This document shows, one piece after another, positions 26,826 to 39,870 of a stretch of DNA of 64,000 bases. The stretch covers positions 67,332,001-67,396,000 of the forward strand of contig NC_042998.1 of assembly GCF_006345805.1 (NCBI RefSeq), read 5' to 3'. The position numbers and the translations under genes are program-made. The first letter of the stretch is position 1; the number at the start of each line of letters is the position of its first letter. Origin of the DNA: Octopus sinensis (lineage: Eukaryota). The notes beneath the pieces are model-generated. The model had not been told where the DNA came from and ran no database searches. It saw only the letters and a list, made by a program, of their open reading frames with translations.

Positions 26826-27239
26826 TGTATGAACTGCTGTATTCAAACATAATAATTAATAGTAGACAAGAAGCTCGCAATAACAAATATATCTAAAACC
26901 AGTTACACATTGCCAAATATACTAGACATTATTAAAACTTCACGTCTTTATACGCTCGCGTGGTCGCACCAGTTGATCATGTCTCCTCTCATCTCCTGCC
27001 TATTTGTTGAGGAAAAATCGCTCCAATACACCACGACGTCTAAAGCTTTTGAACCTTTTGAAAATTTCGCTTTATTTTCTCTCCTTGTTTCTTTCTGTGT
27101 TCTATTCTGTGGAAGAGCGTAGGCTCGAAACATCAAAGACTTTTACACTTGCTGACCGTTATACTAATACATCTGTTTGTTGTCTACACCACCTGTCTTC
27201 GTCTCTTGTTTTTATTTTTGTGAATTCCCTTCCTATATA

Positions 27240-27289
<50 letters not shown>

Positions 27290-27661
27290 TGTATTAGTAT
27301 AACGGTCAGCAGTGTAAAAGCAGTGCAAAGGACTTTGATGTTTCGAGCCTACGCTCTTCTACAGAATGGAACACAGAAAGAAACAAGGAGAGAAATTAAA
27401 GCGAAATTTTCAAAAGGTACAAAAGCTTCAGACGTCGTGGTGTATTGGAGCGATTTTTCCTCAACAAAGAGTCCAGTGTAATCTATAGGCAGGAGAGGAG
27501 AGGAGACGTGATCAACTGGTGCGACCACGGGAGCGTATAAAGATGTGAAGTTTTAATAATGTCTAGTATATTTGGCAATGTATAACTGGTTTTAGATATA
27601 TTTGTCATTGCGAGCTTCTTGTCTACTACTAATTACTATGTTTGAATACGGCAGTTCATAC

Positions 27662-27662
<1 letters not shown>
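26826..27662. mobile_element. large fold-back element, family B
   Basis: Left arm 26826-27176 and right arm 27285-27662 are close reverse complements with a few indels; spacer is 60 bp of unique sequence plus (TA)n. Confidence 0.9.
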
Positions 27663-27709
<47 letters not shown>

Positions 27710-28325
27710 TATATATATATCGCTAAAGCATTGTGAGATCTGTAACCCGATGTAGAACTCAATGTACGTGTGTTTCGGAACGAAGTGCTGGCTGAGTATA
27801 CAGCTGTAATGGGAAAGAGAGATGATACAGGAATATATCATTATCTTATGAACTTCATTAGCTTATAGCAGTTTCTGCAATAAGGGTTAGTCGACTCTTA
27901 TGACTGAATAACACAATATGGGTCCATCAGAGCCTCGAATATCAAACGTAATTTATTTGTGCTTATACAGGGATTGGATCCAACAATACGAAAAGTCAAT
28001 ACAGAAGAATATAATAAAAGTGTACGTTCAAAAACTAATTAGATATATTAGTGGAAATACACACACACACAAACACACACACATACACACGCACACACAC
28101 ACATGCCCTGCTATATCTTAGGAGTGTCATTTATCAATGCGCATACTCGTTTCATTTCACCAATTTTATTATTAGTTGCTAATTAGTTAACCAATTAACT
28201 AATCGACTTCTTTCATAGATTGGCCGAAAGATTAATCAAGCAATCGGTTACTTAATTATTTAACTAGTTGACTAAATTCCCATTAAGAATGTTTCAAAAC
28301 AAATTTAGAACCACACGCACACAAC

Positions 28326-28359
<34 letters not shown>

Positions 28360-29370
28360 TGTATGTACGTATGTATGTACGTATGTATGTATGTATGTAC
28401 GTATGTATATAGATATAGATAAATGACGGGTTTTTTCGCAATATTTTTCTACCAAATTTGGCAGCCAAACACTTCATCATATCTTTATTAAACGTATTGG
28501 TTACATCGAAAATTTGAAAGAATGCTAAAATGCGTCATTTTGTGCGTGTGTGTGTGCGTGCGCGCGTGCATGTGTGTGTGTGTTTGTATGTCTATGTGAA
28601 TGTGTGTGTATGTGCATATGTCAATTGATATTTTTTCATATGATCTTACAAGATGTCGTCGAGTGGAGTCGAATCATTTATACCCAGCTGTTCAAGCAAT
28701 CGGTTTAAAAACGCACGATTTTGCCTCCTATGAATATAATATTTCTACAATGATTATGCATAGTTTTGTCAAAGTTTAAAACATTCAACATTGAATCGAG
28801 CAGACTAGATATATGATAAGACCAAAACAGGAACCGCTAGACGTCAACGTTGCCAAAAAGTAACTTTCTCACATGTTCATATTAGATGCGGATAGATAGA
28901 GTTTGACGTTTCGATATTGACTTGGCAGTAAAAAGCAAAATATCACTTTGGAAAGTAATGATGTTGAAAGTAAGCAATGTTTCTCTCTATTGCTTGCAGA
29001 ATCAAGTTTATGAGCGAAACTATGCCATTAAATTAATACATTTTCGGCGCCTTGCTACCTCCTGTGTTCTTACTCGTCTGTTTTGCCATAGTAGGAAACA
29101 ACCCTACTTTCGATATGGCATTGAAGGAAATGTGTGAATAACTATATGTCATCAGAATGGAGTCTCTTCTCTATTGTTCTCTTTCATAAACTCTTCCTAA
29201 ATCTGTAAAAGAGTCACGTTTCGCAGGGAATAATACTGTCTTATTCAAATGACTATGTAAGTTATTCGTTGATCTTTGTCGGCTATCGGTACTTCAAATC
29301 AATAGAGGGCCTGGATTATAGTAATTTTTAAGCATCTGATAAGCAAAAAATATAATCAGTTTGGAATATA

Positions 29371-29912
29371 CAGGATGGGACACATTTTAACTGCTAGTAT
29401 CTTTGATAATATAAATGATATAGAGTACCAATTATATCTATTGCTTAACTATTATACGGGAGTTCAAGATATTTTCTGCGATTTTACTATTTTTTACACG
29501 TAGTTGGTTTTGGTGAACTCCAAAAGAAATTGCTTTCGTGGTCGAAGCATACTTCACCAGCCAAAGATCCCTCGTTTCACGTGGCAGCCCAAAGAAAATT
29601 CTGAAAGCAATTTGGAAGGTGACAGGCACCATCACAAAATGTGATCCTATGTGTTGTTACAAACCTCGGTGAGAAAGTCAATTCCACCATTCCAGTTGGT
29701 ATTCCAAGCTGAAGTGTGCTTGATATGAGAATGCGAGTTCGTTAATATTTTCTTCTTAGTGTGACCATCTCCAGGATGTAATATTCAAATATCAGATAAT
29801 ATATTGAACTCTTGTAAATTAGTTATGTAATAAACATATTTGGTATTCTATCATTTTTATGATCCTTGATACTAGCATTTAAAATGCGTCCCATCTAATT
29901 GGCCCACCCTAC
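29371..29912 (+). mobile_element. internally deleted IS630-Tc1-mariner element / MITE
   Basis: ~55-bp inverted termini GATGGGACACATTTTAACTGCTAGTATC / GATACTAGCATTTAAAATGCGTCCCATC, TA flanks; internal TPKEIAFVVEAYFTSQRSLVS resembles an ITm transposase N-terminus. Confidence 0.65.
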
Positions 29913-30039
29913 ATATTAAGGTTTGTTTTTATACCGTTATGTATAAAAATAATTAAATATTCAAGTGGAGAGTTACTCAATACTTTTTAGTAGAGTATAT
30001 GTCTATTATGCACAAGTGAGACGTGGGCTACTACGCAGC

Positions 30040-30400
30040 GGGAGAGAACATCGGTAAGCTAAGGCGCAAACGGCCATGGAAAGATCTATGCTAGGAATAT
30101 CATTATGAGAGTATATTCCAAATGATATAATTCAAGACCAGAGAGAAAAAACAATGATATCGCAGAATATCGAAAGCACAAGTTCCTCTGAGCCGGAGAT
30201 GTTGCAAGGTTCTCACCCAAATGATAGACTCATGCAGTTGCTGCGTAGTATCCAAAATCAGAAAGACCACTTGGAATGCCTCTACGATGATTGGAAGACG
30301 ATTTATTTAAGCAGTTTGAGTCAAGATGGAACAGAATGGTGTAATCAAGACAGAATTTGAAGCGATTAGTGACCAGTGGTCTATAACAGCATATGATGGT
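30040..30400 (+). mobile_element. RTE-clade LINE 3' fragment, degenerate
   Basis: AQTAMERSMLGISL...KF.WAGDVARF...WYPK..RPLG.P.RW pattern across frameshifts. Confidence 0.75.
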
Positions 30401-32204
30401 CTGGTCGATAAAGTGGTAGTGTGATCTTTACTAGATAATCTTTACTGGGTGGCGGTGACTTCGAAGATTTGGCCTACAAGCGTGTGTGTGTATGCGTGTG
30501 TGAGCGTGTGTATGTGTGTGTGAGCTTGTATGTGTGTGTGTGTGTGTGTGTGTGTTTTCCATTGATATACAGTTGTAGTAAATATGTATTCAAGGAAGAT
30601 TTAAATATGAGCTGTGCGACTGAAATATGGATAAGTTAAAGTGCTGATCGTGTATTATATTTATTGAGACAAACCGATAGATATTATTGGCAAACCTATA
30701 CCCAAAGGAATGCCAACATTTATCGTACCTCTCTACGTTTGCCCACAATGTTCCACAGACTGTTTGATTCAATCGATTACATTTTTTAATATGGATTTCT
30801 AAGATACAAAACATTTCATGCTATTTCTAACAGATTGGATGATCAGCTAGGAGCTGGTATATTGGCTTTTGAGTTTAACGTTAGTGTGCCCTGCTTAAAT
30901 AAGTTACTTTCGTGACATTCAGGAGTGGTTAATATTGTTCTTGAATTCCTAACCCAAAGATATCAAAAGACCACAGGATCAAGGTAATCCAACCATGACT
31001 ACTCTGTCCTAATTTCAGGAATATTGCACCACAGACGTTGTTACAATACTCTTTAAGACAATAACGTGTAGTTTGATGCAAGTTTGGTTATTAATTCAAG
31101 CAAGTGACACAACCCTGTAGATGCTCCATCTTTAATTCAAGAGTGGTATTAATGGTTTGTTATATGTTCCAGAATATGTAGAGGAGACTACAGGATACTG
31201 TATACATGAATAATAAAATAAAACAGAATAGATATGCTATGAATTTACTTTGACTTTCATCTAACTATGAATAAACGGCAAAACTACCGAAAAGTTATCT
31301 TGAGAGCAAGGATGAAAATTACACCAAATATTCCAAGAATATATGTCACCTAACATAAAAAAAAAATGTTTTTTTTAATGTTTTATTTATTTATTTATTT
31401 TTAATCATCAAAAATTTGCTAAGAATGATTTTTCCATATATTTAGAATTCTTCACTTGTGAAGTAGCTGAAATTTTGCAGCCAAATTTCTTCCAGCAGAA
31501 CGAAATGTATATAAATAATTTATGAGAACATAAACTTAGAACCATTAATAAAAACATTACGCTACACCTCAGCAATGTACAGAGAAATCGGTGTGGGAGA
31601 CGGGTGTGGAGAAAACCGAAAATCAAAGAGAGTAGGCTTCGAAATGATGTTCCAGCCAGATTGAAACAAGACATGCTTTGTCGTAATTTCATAAACTTGA
31701 TCATGACTTAGAAGATGAAATCTAATTTTATCTTTGCTCTACACGTAATGCAATGAAGCCCAACTGTACAACAGTTACTTTGCGAACTCAATGCAAATAT
31801 GCACGTTTGCATAGATCGATATGAAGTGTTTTATCAATAATTTCTTGTAAGAATATTATAAAAGAGTTGGATAACTTTAATAAATATCTGACTGCTGGGA
31901 ACTGCTGGGATATGAACATTACAATATATGTTAAATGCCTCCCAGAAAACACAGATAATAGATACTATGTAGACATGTAAACCGTTTATCATATCTCCTT
32001 TCAAATTGAGTTAGTAGTTGCCTCTTATGTTGGACAAAAATGCAGATCATACACGTACAAATATGAACACGCAGACATAGTCTCTCTCTTCCTCTCTCGC
32101 TTTCTCTATCCCTTTTTCTCATCATCCTTCTCTTTCTCTCTCTCCCCTGTCTCTCTCCCTATATATATAGTATAGATCAACAAACAGACAGACAGCTAGC
32201 TAGC

Positions 32205-32228
32205 TAGCTAGATAGATAGATGGTTAAT

Positions 32229-32291
<63 letters not shown>

Positions 32292-32480
32292 GCAGACAAA
32301 CAGACAGATACATACACACATACATACATACATACATACATACATACATACAACATACATACATACATACATGCATGCACGCACACATACATACATACAC
32401 ACATACATACATACATACATACATACATACATACATACATACTACATACATACATACATACATACATACATACACACATA
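32205..32480. repeat. (GCTA)(GATA)(GACA)(CATA) compound microsatellite
   Basis: Direct reading. Confidence 0.95.
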
Positions 32481-32639
32481 CATATAAATGTGTATCCATA
32501 TATGTAGGTATGAGTGTGAAAAAGTTCGTTTGAGAATAATATTTCATCCAAAGTAACTACATGAGCTTATTATCAATTCCCCAAGAGGAAACTATAATTA
32601 ATATCTGACATCTTTTCTGTCGAGATATTATGTACTCTA

Positions 32640-32800
32640 AATCCCTGATCCGTTTTGTTTAGAAGCCTCGGGATTGAGTATATTAATGCTTTATTATATC
32701 TTGATGTATTGCTGAGAGAGTTCAGCAGAGGTGCTACCTTATAAGTATTGCCCTTAAAATGATCTGGATAGAAGTAGCAGGTAGCGTCCAGCAAACTCAA
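32640..32800 (-). mobile_element. possible LINE C-terminal remnant
   Basis: NTSRYNKALIYSIPRLLN resembles the T.RY..S.IP...RLLN C-terminus of L2/Crack-type LINEs; short match only. Confidence 0.3.
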
Positions 32801-33585
32801 CCATTACACCGGGTCATTTTAAGCCGACTGACCATCCAAAACTTAATTACCGCACTAACGGAAATTACCACACGAACAACTTAAAATTACTCTTCCTCTC
32901 CTATGAGTGTCTCGTCAAATTGTTTTGTCCCGTGAAGTTGCAAATACATTCACAAACGGCCAGTAATATCTCTTCTTCAAAATTGCATGCGGCCAATGTA
33001 TGATAAACATTAGCCATGCGATGGCTGTTTGAGTCATCAATTCAACGTCTACAAATGTATAGTGTTTATTTCTTTCGTCTGTAAACCGATTGCACCTGAA
33101 CATCCATACACATACGCAAACAACTACATATTTATATGCACACATACATATATGCAGTATCCCTTCAAATGTTACAAGTAATTTTTTAACTGATTAGACG
33201 GAATACGCCATTTACAAGAAGAATACTTGTGGCCGAGGTCGAGATTCGAAGCAAGGATTTAAAAACCGTGAACCGACCTCACAGTCACTACAGCTAACAT
33301 CTTCATGCCTTCCACACACACACATACACACACACACACATACACACACACACAATAACATAGACACTCACATACATACACACACGTGGATATATATAAG
33401 GCAAATGAGAAAATGGAGAGGATAAACAATCGACAAGCACCAGTCATTAAACACGCAATTATATTTATTTATTAATTGATTACAAACATATGTGTGATTC
33501 AAGTATACGAATGAAATAAGTCAATAAATACGTAAACAGATATATATATATATATATATAAAGTAAATAAATAATACACACACAC

Positions 33586-33656
<71 letters not shown>

Positions 33657-33666
33657 ATATATATAC

Positions 33667-33707
<41 letters not shown>

Positions 33708-33769
33708 CGTACATATATATATATATATACATGCCTACATACATATATATATACGTTTATGAATTTGTG

Positions 33770-34235
33770 TTGCAAAAAAACTAGAAAGCAACCATACTCT
33801 GGGATATGCCAATACACACAGATAGAGAAATTAAGGCCAAAATGCCAGATATAGTTGTCAGAGATCATGAAGAAAAAATGCTTTCTAATTGATGTATCAA
33901 TACCAGCAGATGACAACGGTTCTCTAAAGGAAATGGAGAAACTTTCAGAATACAAAGACCTGGAATTAGAGGTAACACGAATGAGTCTAAAAGCAGAAAC
34001 AATTCCTGTCATAGTGGACGCATTAGGTATCATAACGAAATATTTGGAGAAATACGTAACAAAAACACCGTGACTTACAAATATATATAACATACAGAAA
34101 ATTGCACTACTGGGCATTGCACACATCCTACGCAAAACACTTTCAATACAGTAACCATAAAAGCATCACAGCAAACCACAGCTGCGCTCGCTAGTGAGGT
34201 GAAAGCTCGCAATAAAGATAAAACTACTGAATAAT
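33770..34235 (+). mobile_element. R4/Dong-type non-LTR retrotransposon, restriction-like endonuclease 3' end
   Basis: [40 protein letters not shown]....[12 protein letters not shown]...[19 protein letters not shown] (PD..D..K motif) plus 3' UTR. Confidence 0.9.
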
Positions 34236-34418
34236 ATATATATAATTCATATGATATATGTGTGCATGTGAGAGTGTGTGTGTGTGTATAGATGGGGTTC
34301 GTATTAATATATAAACCGAATGTCATATACGTATATATAAGCATGCGTAGAGATATACATATATAAACACACACACACACACACACACTCAAACGTATAA
34401 ATATATATATGTTTATAT

Positions 34419-34452
<34 letters not shown>

Positions 34453-34486
34453 CATATATATTTATACATATATATATATATATATT

Positions 34487-34614
<128 letters not shown>

Positions 34615-35588
34615 TATATACAGCTCTGACTGCATTTTCTTGTTTGCTTGGTTTGTTATTTGTTGTAAGTTTTTTTTTTATTCGTATGCTTAGTCAACCT
34701 GATTGAATAATGCGGTGATTGATTCACTATATATGTAAATCATGAAAATATTTCAGATTATTTTCGAGTATACGTTTATGGGGGGAGTGAGTTTGTATAT
34801 TTCGTGTTTGTATGTTGCATGCATGTGATGTTTGTATCCTGTTTTGTATGAGTTTGTGCGTGTTTGATTGTGTGTGTGTTTGCGTGTATGAGTGTATGCA
34901 CGTGCGTGCGTGTGTGTGTGCGTGTGTGTGTGTTACAAATTCTCAGAGTCATTCTGATTTATCTTTATTTCTTTGAGGAAGCTAACCCTCATTAAAATTC
35001 AACTCATACTAATCTTCATCACTGTAATTTCTAAAACTTGAATGTCATTTCTTCTATTAAATCTCGGATGAGGCTTTCAGCCATGTTATATATTTTTATG
35101 TACATATATTATTTTTTATTGATATATTATTTTTCTAGAAGTATTCTAAATTCATCTGAGCTTTAAGTTTATTTTATTCATGTTTTGTATCGAAATTCCA
35201 ATCCATTAATTGTTAATTTCTTTCCATCATCCATACTTTTTCTTTTTGAAGTTGCTCTAATTTGATTTTCCTCAGACATTGAGCTATTTTCTTTTACTTC
35301 ATTTTATTTTATAATTCATGGGGTGCACGCAACGCAGTGACAATCCAAGTAATAACGACAGCAATCAGATATTCACGATCGAATCTGCCAGAACGATTTA
35401 AGAATGAATAGACACGTTACTGTTTATTTTCTATGCACTTATTTTTACGAAACCCTTATCTCATTAAATTCAGGACTAACATTTACGTCGTTTCTCTTAT
35501 GTAATCTCCAGCCATTTCATATGTTTATTTGATTCTGAAATAGTCTGAAATGCTTACATTTTCAATATTACTGTATTAGAATAGGTTT

Positions 35589-35778
35589 GCGAGCAGGTAG
35601 AATCGTTAGCGGGCCGGGCACATCGCTCAACAGCTTTACGTCCTGACTTCAAAGTCGAAATTGACTTTACCTTTCATTTTGTTCGGGATCAATAAGATAA
35701 GAACCAGTCCAGTAGTGGGGTCGATTTAATAAACTTCGCTCCTCCCCAAAAATTGCTGGCCTTGCACCAAATATCAGA
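35589..35778 (+). mobile_element. SINE S1, diverged copy with alternative tail
   Basis: GAATCGTTAGC.GGCCGGGC...TTGACTTTACCTTTCAT...GGGGTCGATTTAAT...CCCCAAAAATTGCTGGCCTTG. Confidence 0.8.
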
Positions 35779-37066
35779 GCCAATATTATTGCACTAGATT
35801 TGCAACTATTCACTAACTTTCGGGAAAATGTTTTGTTTTGCTATTCTCAGTTGAGTTTCTCAACTGAGAAATCAAAAACGTATCAAGAAAGAGGGCCGAA
35901 GACAGGCATCATATGGATATTTATGTCGCCCCAGGTAGTCAGTTGCATAGCTGAGTGGGCGAGGAATTTCTTTCCCCTACAGTTAGCGCTTTTATGGGTG
36001 GTATTTTAAGGTCTTTTTGTAAGCCTGTATAGGTTTGTGGCTCGGGTTGGGACAGCAAAATGAGGGGCTAACCCAGTTGGCACACACCCTAAATAGGCCA
36101 ATACAAATGCGGAACACAGGTCAATTCATTTCTTAATACATCTTAATAAACACCCAGGTCACTTCTATATGGGTGTAATTTAACTGAATATTTTTTATCC
36201 GAGACCAATAAGTTATTGAAACCACATGGAGAATATAACCAACCAAGATTACCCAATCATATCACTTTCTGTTAGTAAAAATACAAATATTATACGAGAT
36301 AGTGTTACGACATACCGTGATATCTATACCAAGTACCAAGCCGTCACATATTCGTAAATCTTTTAATGCATGTTTCAATTAAATACTGTGAATTCCATAT
36401 ATTTTCTCTGTGTGTGATCAGTGGCTGTTGATCAAGTTATTTACTTGCCACGAAGCCTCTAGCAGCAACACATTCTGACAAGTTTACATTTTCATCATAT
36501 GTTGCATTATTCTATTTCTGTTGATAATGCTTCTAGCATATATGTGGACATCAGGTTGTCCTCCAATCAATTGTGCCTCGTGAAAAGTAAACTATTGTCA
36601 TGTTAAGTTTGTAAATAGTTTTCGAGTTTACTTTTAGTCTTTTTTTCTCTCTTTAATTACAGCGATAGCACCTCAGGAATAACATATTATTTCACCTTGT
36701 GACAGAAATGAGTTTGACTTTTGATTGACGCAGTCTGGAATTACCATGTAGAGAATAGGTTCATATTATTTGGAAAATACAGCACAAGAAGAATAGATAT
36801 GAATTAATATTTAGTCTCACACCTTTCTGTATTCTGAGTAAAAGCTCAGCTTAGATAGCCTATTGACTATAAAGTAACAAACAGATTGTGTTTAATTCCG
36901 AAGTACATTATTATCAAACCAGCCAATATTTACACTTCTGTAATTCAATAATCTTAGACTTATAACTGCATGAATTGTTGTAATACGTATTTTAGTACAT
37001 GTGACATTCACGAAATCTGCTGTTTCGTTTCCGTCTTCTTCTAAGCAAAGTACAGCTTGGTTATGT

Positions 37067-37274
37067 GGATTATGCTCAAAAGTTACTGTCACTGGATAAA
37101 AGAAAATATAGGAGGATCAGTTAATTATGACTTCATTTAATATATTCCCCAATCAGCTTCACACACAAATTGCAGCGGTTCTTCAGGGTTTTTTTTTTAA
37201 GTCAGAAGGTTGAGCCTCCTGCCATGTATTTCACAATACCCTTAAAGCCAGTTAATTTTCAGCACCCTCTCGTA
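37067..37274 (-). mobile_element. mariner-derived MITE
   Basis: TIR TACGAGAGGGTGCTGAAAATTAACTGGC (minus) with degenerate partner ATGCTCAAAAGTTACTGTCACTGG; internal KNRCNLCVKLIGEYIK* matches the mariner C-terminus. Confidence 0.8.
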
Positions 37275-38266
37275 ATACCTGTGTCAAAGAAATATTACAT
37301 TTTCGTTATATTAATGTTTTACGTAAAACTAATAACATAACACATAGAAACCAGTAATTATTTTATTGCGTTTAACGAAGGTCAACTACCAGGTAACTTA
37401 TTAATTCGATCTGTCAACATATCATTCGTATATCTTAGGGAAATGGAAAAGGATAAAGGTTAAAAATTTTGGATGTTCTATATGACCAGTGGAAGAATCA
37501 AGATAAATATGTAGCTATAACCAAAATAGATGAATGGCGTGAATCCTACCAATGGTCTCCGTTAAATTTCGTCCAATGATAAGGTAATGATGTTAACTAA
37601 GTGAGGATTACGTCTAACATGATAGAATAGGTACGACCAATTCAATGGTTTCCGCTCAACCATTTCACCCACAAGGTTATATGAGGCTGCTAATTCACCG
37701 TAGAAGACACTAGGCCAAGATCTACACTGTAGAATCGAATTTGCATAGTAAGTGACTCAAAAAGGAGTATCTTCACAATATTCTTATGCATTTTCCCCAC
37801 CTTAACCACGCATTATTGCTTGAAATAGATGCCAGTATAACAGTATTGCAATTAAGTCACCGATACCGTTCTACTCTTTCGTATACGAATATCGCAATAA
37901 TTCTCTAATTTCAGTTATAACATAGGGTGCATATGTTGAAAGCATGTTTTATTGACATCTGTTACTTTAGCATCATCATATTACTAGCATCCGATCTTTA
38001 ACGTGAGGAATTCGACAAGCTAAGGATGGTAACTCAGAATAAGAGGCATTTGTTAATATGGAAGTGGTATTGATTATGGTGACGTAGGGGATGATTATGT
38101 TTGGCTCAGAGCGGTTTGAACTACACTACGGCTGGAAACCGATTCATAATAATTGTTCTTAATTGTCCTAGTTATTGTGTTTGATCCGCCACTAGCGGTG
38201 GCGGTGTTAACTTTACTACACTAACATGACTAATAATATGAGCTTTTAGATATTTTTTATATAATC

Positions 38267-38404
38267 AAGGCGGCAATCTAGCAAAAACGTTAGCACGTCG
38301 GGCGAAATGCTTAGTGGTATTTCGTCTGTCTTTACGTTTTGAGTTCAGATTCCGCCGAGGTTGACTTTGCCTTTCATCCTTTCGGAGGTCGATGAATTAA
38401 GTAC
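38267..38404 (+). mobile_element. SINE S1, 3'-truncated
   Basis: AAGGCGGCAATCTAGCAAAAACGTTAGCACG...GCCTTTCATCCTTTCGGAGGTCGATGAATTAAGTAC. Confidence 0.9.
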
Positions 38405-38413
38405 AAACTTATA

Positions 38414-38453
<40 letters not shown>

Positions 38454-38564
38454 TGTGTGTGTGTGTGTGTGCGTGATTGCGTGTGCATTAACGTGTGTGT
38501 GTTTGTCGCCATCTGTAGTTTGATAACCGGTATCGGTTTGTGGACGTTATCGTAAATTATCTAT

Positions 38565-39200
38565 CAATCTAAGTCGTCTCACAGGACGCCCCAAGTCTGT
38601 TACCGCACGTTTTCCCCATTCATTTCGATCTTTCATAATGGTCTTTAGCTCCATACCAGTATCCTCCAGCAAGTATTCCTCCGCCTTCCTCTCCAGGTAC
38701 TTCCTTCCGTTGGTTTCCAGAGCACTAGCTTGTTAGCAATTTCATCGGTTTTTGTGATGCACTGTCCAGCTAACCTCATCCTTCTAAGCTGTATCTTCAA
38801 TGTTACTTTTGCCAGTCCCCGGTATAAGTCGGCGTTTGTTGTATGACTCTTCACCGATACATTGAGTACCATTCTAAGTATCCCCATATAACAACCGTCC
38901 AACTGCTTCTTCAATGCTTTATTTAGTGTCGATGTTTCAGCCCCGTATAGAACAGATTCCACTGTTGCCAGAAAAAAACTTCACTTTCACTTTCCATGCT
39001 AACTTTGAAGTCCATACCTGTCTCAATTTATGGCATATGCTCCAAGCAAGAGCTTTCCTTGATATGATGTATTTTTCAATGCTTTGTGTTCACGCACCAT
39101 GGTATTTAAAATTTTCAACTACTTTCAGCGACTTACCGTTTCTCACTTTCACTGACACGGGCATTTCGTGGTTGAATACTTGAAGTTCTGTATTCTTCGC
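38565..39200 (-). mobile_element. RTE/RTE-X LINE RT C-terminal fragment
   Basis: VVENFKYHGA...RKALAWSICHKLRQVW...ATVESVLYGAETSTLNKALKKQLDGCY..ILRMVLNVS...RRMRLAGQC...LVLWKPTEG. Confidence 0.9.
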
Positions 39201-39249
39201 GTTATGATACAATCCTACTTTCCTCGATTATAAATTTTTCATGACAGCA

Positions 39250-39566
39250 GTTATCAAAATTATTATAATGTCTTGTTGTTGAGATAGGTTATCTTTCTTT
39301 CCTGAAGAGAAGATTGCATTTTACACCGTTTATTCCTTTGGAATAAAACCAATGTTGTCTTCGAAACATATGTCGAAAGTAAAAGAATTTTAATAGCATC
39401 TGCGTTCAACTCCATTTATTCACTTATACTACACAAATTACTGCACATTAACCCGGAGTTTCTACCTTTGAATAGGTCGCTACATCTTTGTTACTTGCGT
39501 AAATTTTGCTACCCTGTTTATTGAATTTTCAATGTTAACGGTAAACAAAGGATAATTCATTCATCC

Positions 39567-39570
<4 letters not shown>
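39250..39570 (+). mobile_element. hammerhead-bearing element, family E (left boundary approximate)
   Basis: ~39400-39570 is closely similar to ~45534-45700; ends in (TA)n. Confidence 0.7.
39297..39379 (+). ncRNA. canonical type I hammerhead ribozyme, predicted cleavage after C39374
   Basis: CTTTC-CTGAAGA-GAAGA[44 nt incl. TTTATTCC/GGAATAAA hairpin]TCTTC-GAAA-CATATG-TC-GAAAG; all core nucleotides present, helices I and II perfect, helix III is the palindrome ACATATGT, GUC triplet. Confidence 0.85.
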
Positions 39571-39596
<26 letters not shown>

Positions 39597-39600
<4 letters not shown>

Positions 39601-39870
39601 ATAAATCTCAGAGCGAGTTATAAACAGTAGCGGTAACACATCGTGATGCATATATGCCATTTGAATATGGCTAACCCATAAGGGTGGATGCTACTGTAGT
39701 TTGTAGCCCCAGGAAGATACCTCCTCCAGCTGGCTATAGACACACTATCTGTGTCCTGTCAGTATTTGTGAAGGGGAGTCATCCTCCCCGTCTTCAACAC
39801 ATGATACACACGAGTTTCAAGGTGTTTACCTTTCATCAGCGTGTGACAATCATGGTTGTCGATGAGAAGT
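39597..39870 (-). mobile_element. (TA)n-flanked element, family G, with minimal hammerhead
   Basis: Bounded by (TA)n on both sides; GC-richer than flanks; contains the motif at 39807-39845. Confidence 0.65.
39807..39845 (-). ncRNA. minimal hammerhead-like motif lacking helix III
   Basis: CACACG-CTGATGA-AAGGT AAAC ACCTT-GAAA-CT-CGTGTG: both core boxes intact, perfect 5-bp helix II, 6-bp helix I. Confidence 0.6.

Noticed and set aside
33229-33262. tRNA-like T-arm/acceptor (GCTTCGAATCTCGACCTCGGCCA on minus)
   Set aside because: No D-arm, anticodon arm or matching 5' acceptor strand; likely a SINE-head remnant or chance
36892-37110. Apparent phase-1 exon with strong acceptor and Ig/CIDE-like peptide (VTVTF...LCLEEDGNE...NVTCTK)
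   Set aside because: The acceptor-like pyrimidine tract and first codons are the end and degenerate TIR of the mariner MITE at 37067-37274; the rest has no convincing donor or domain
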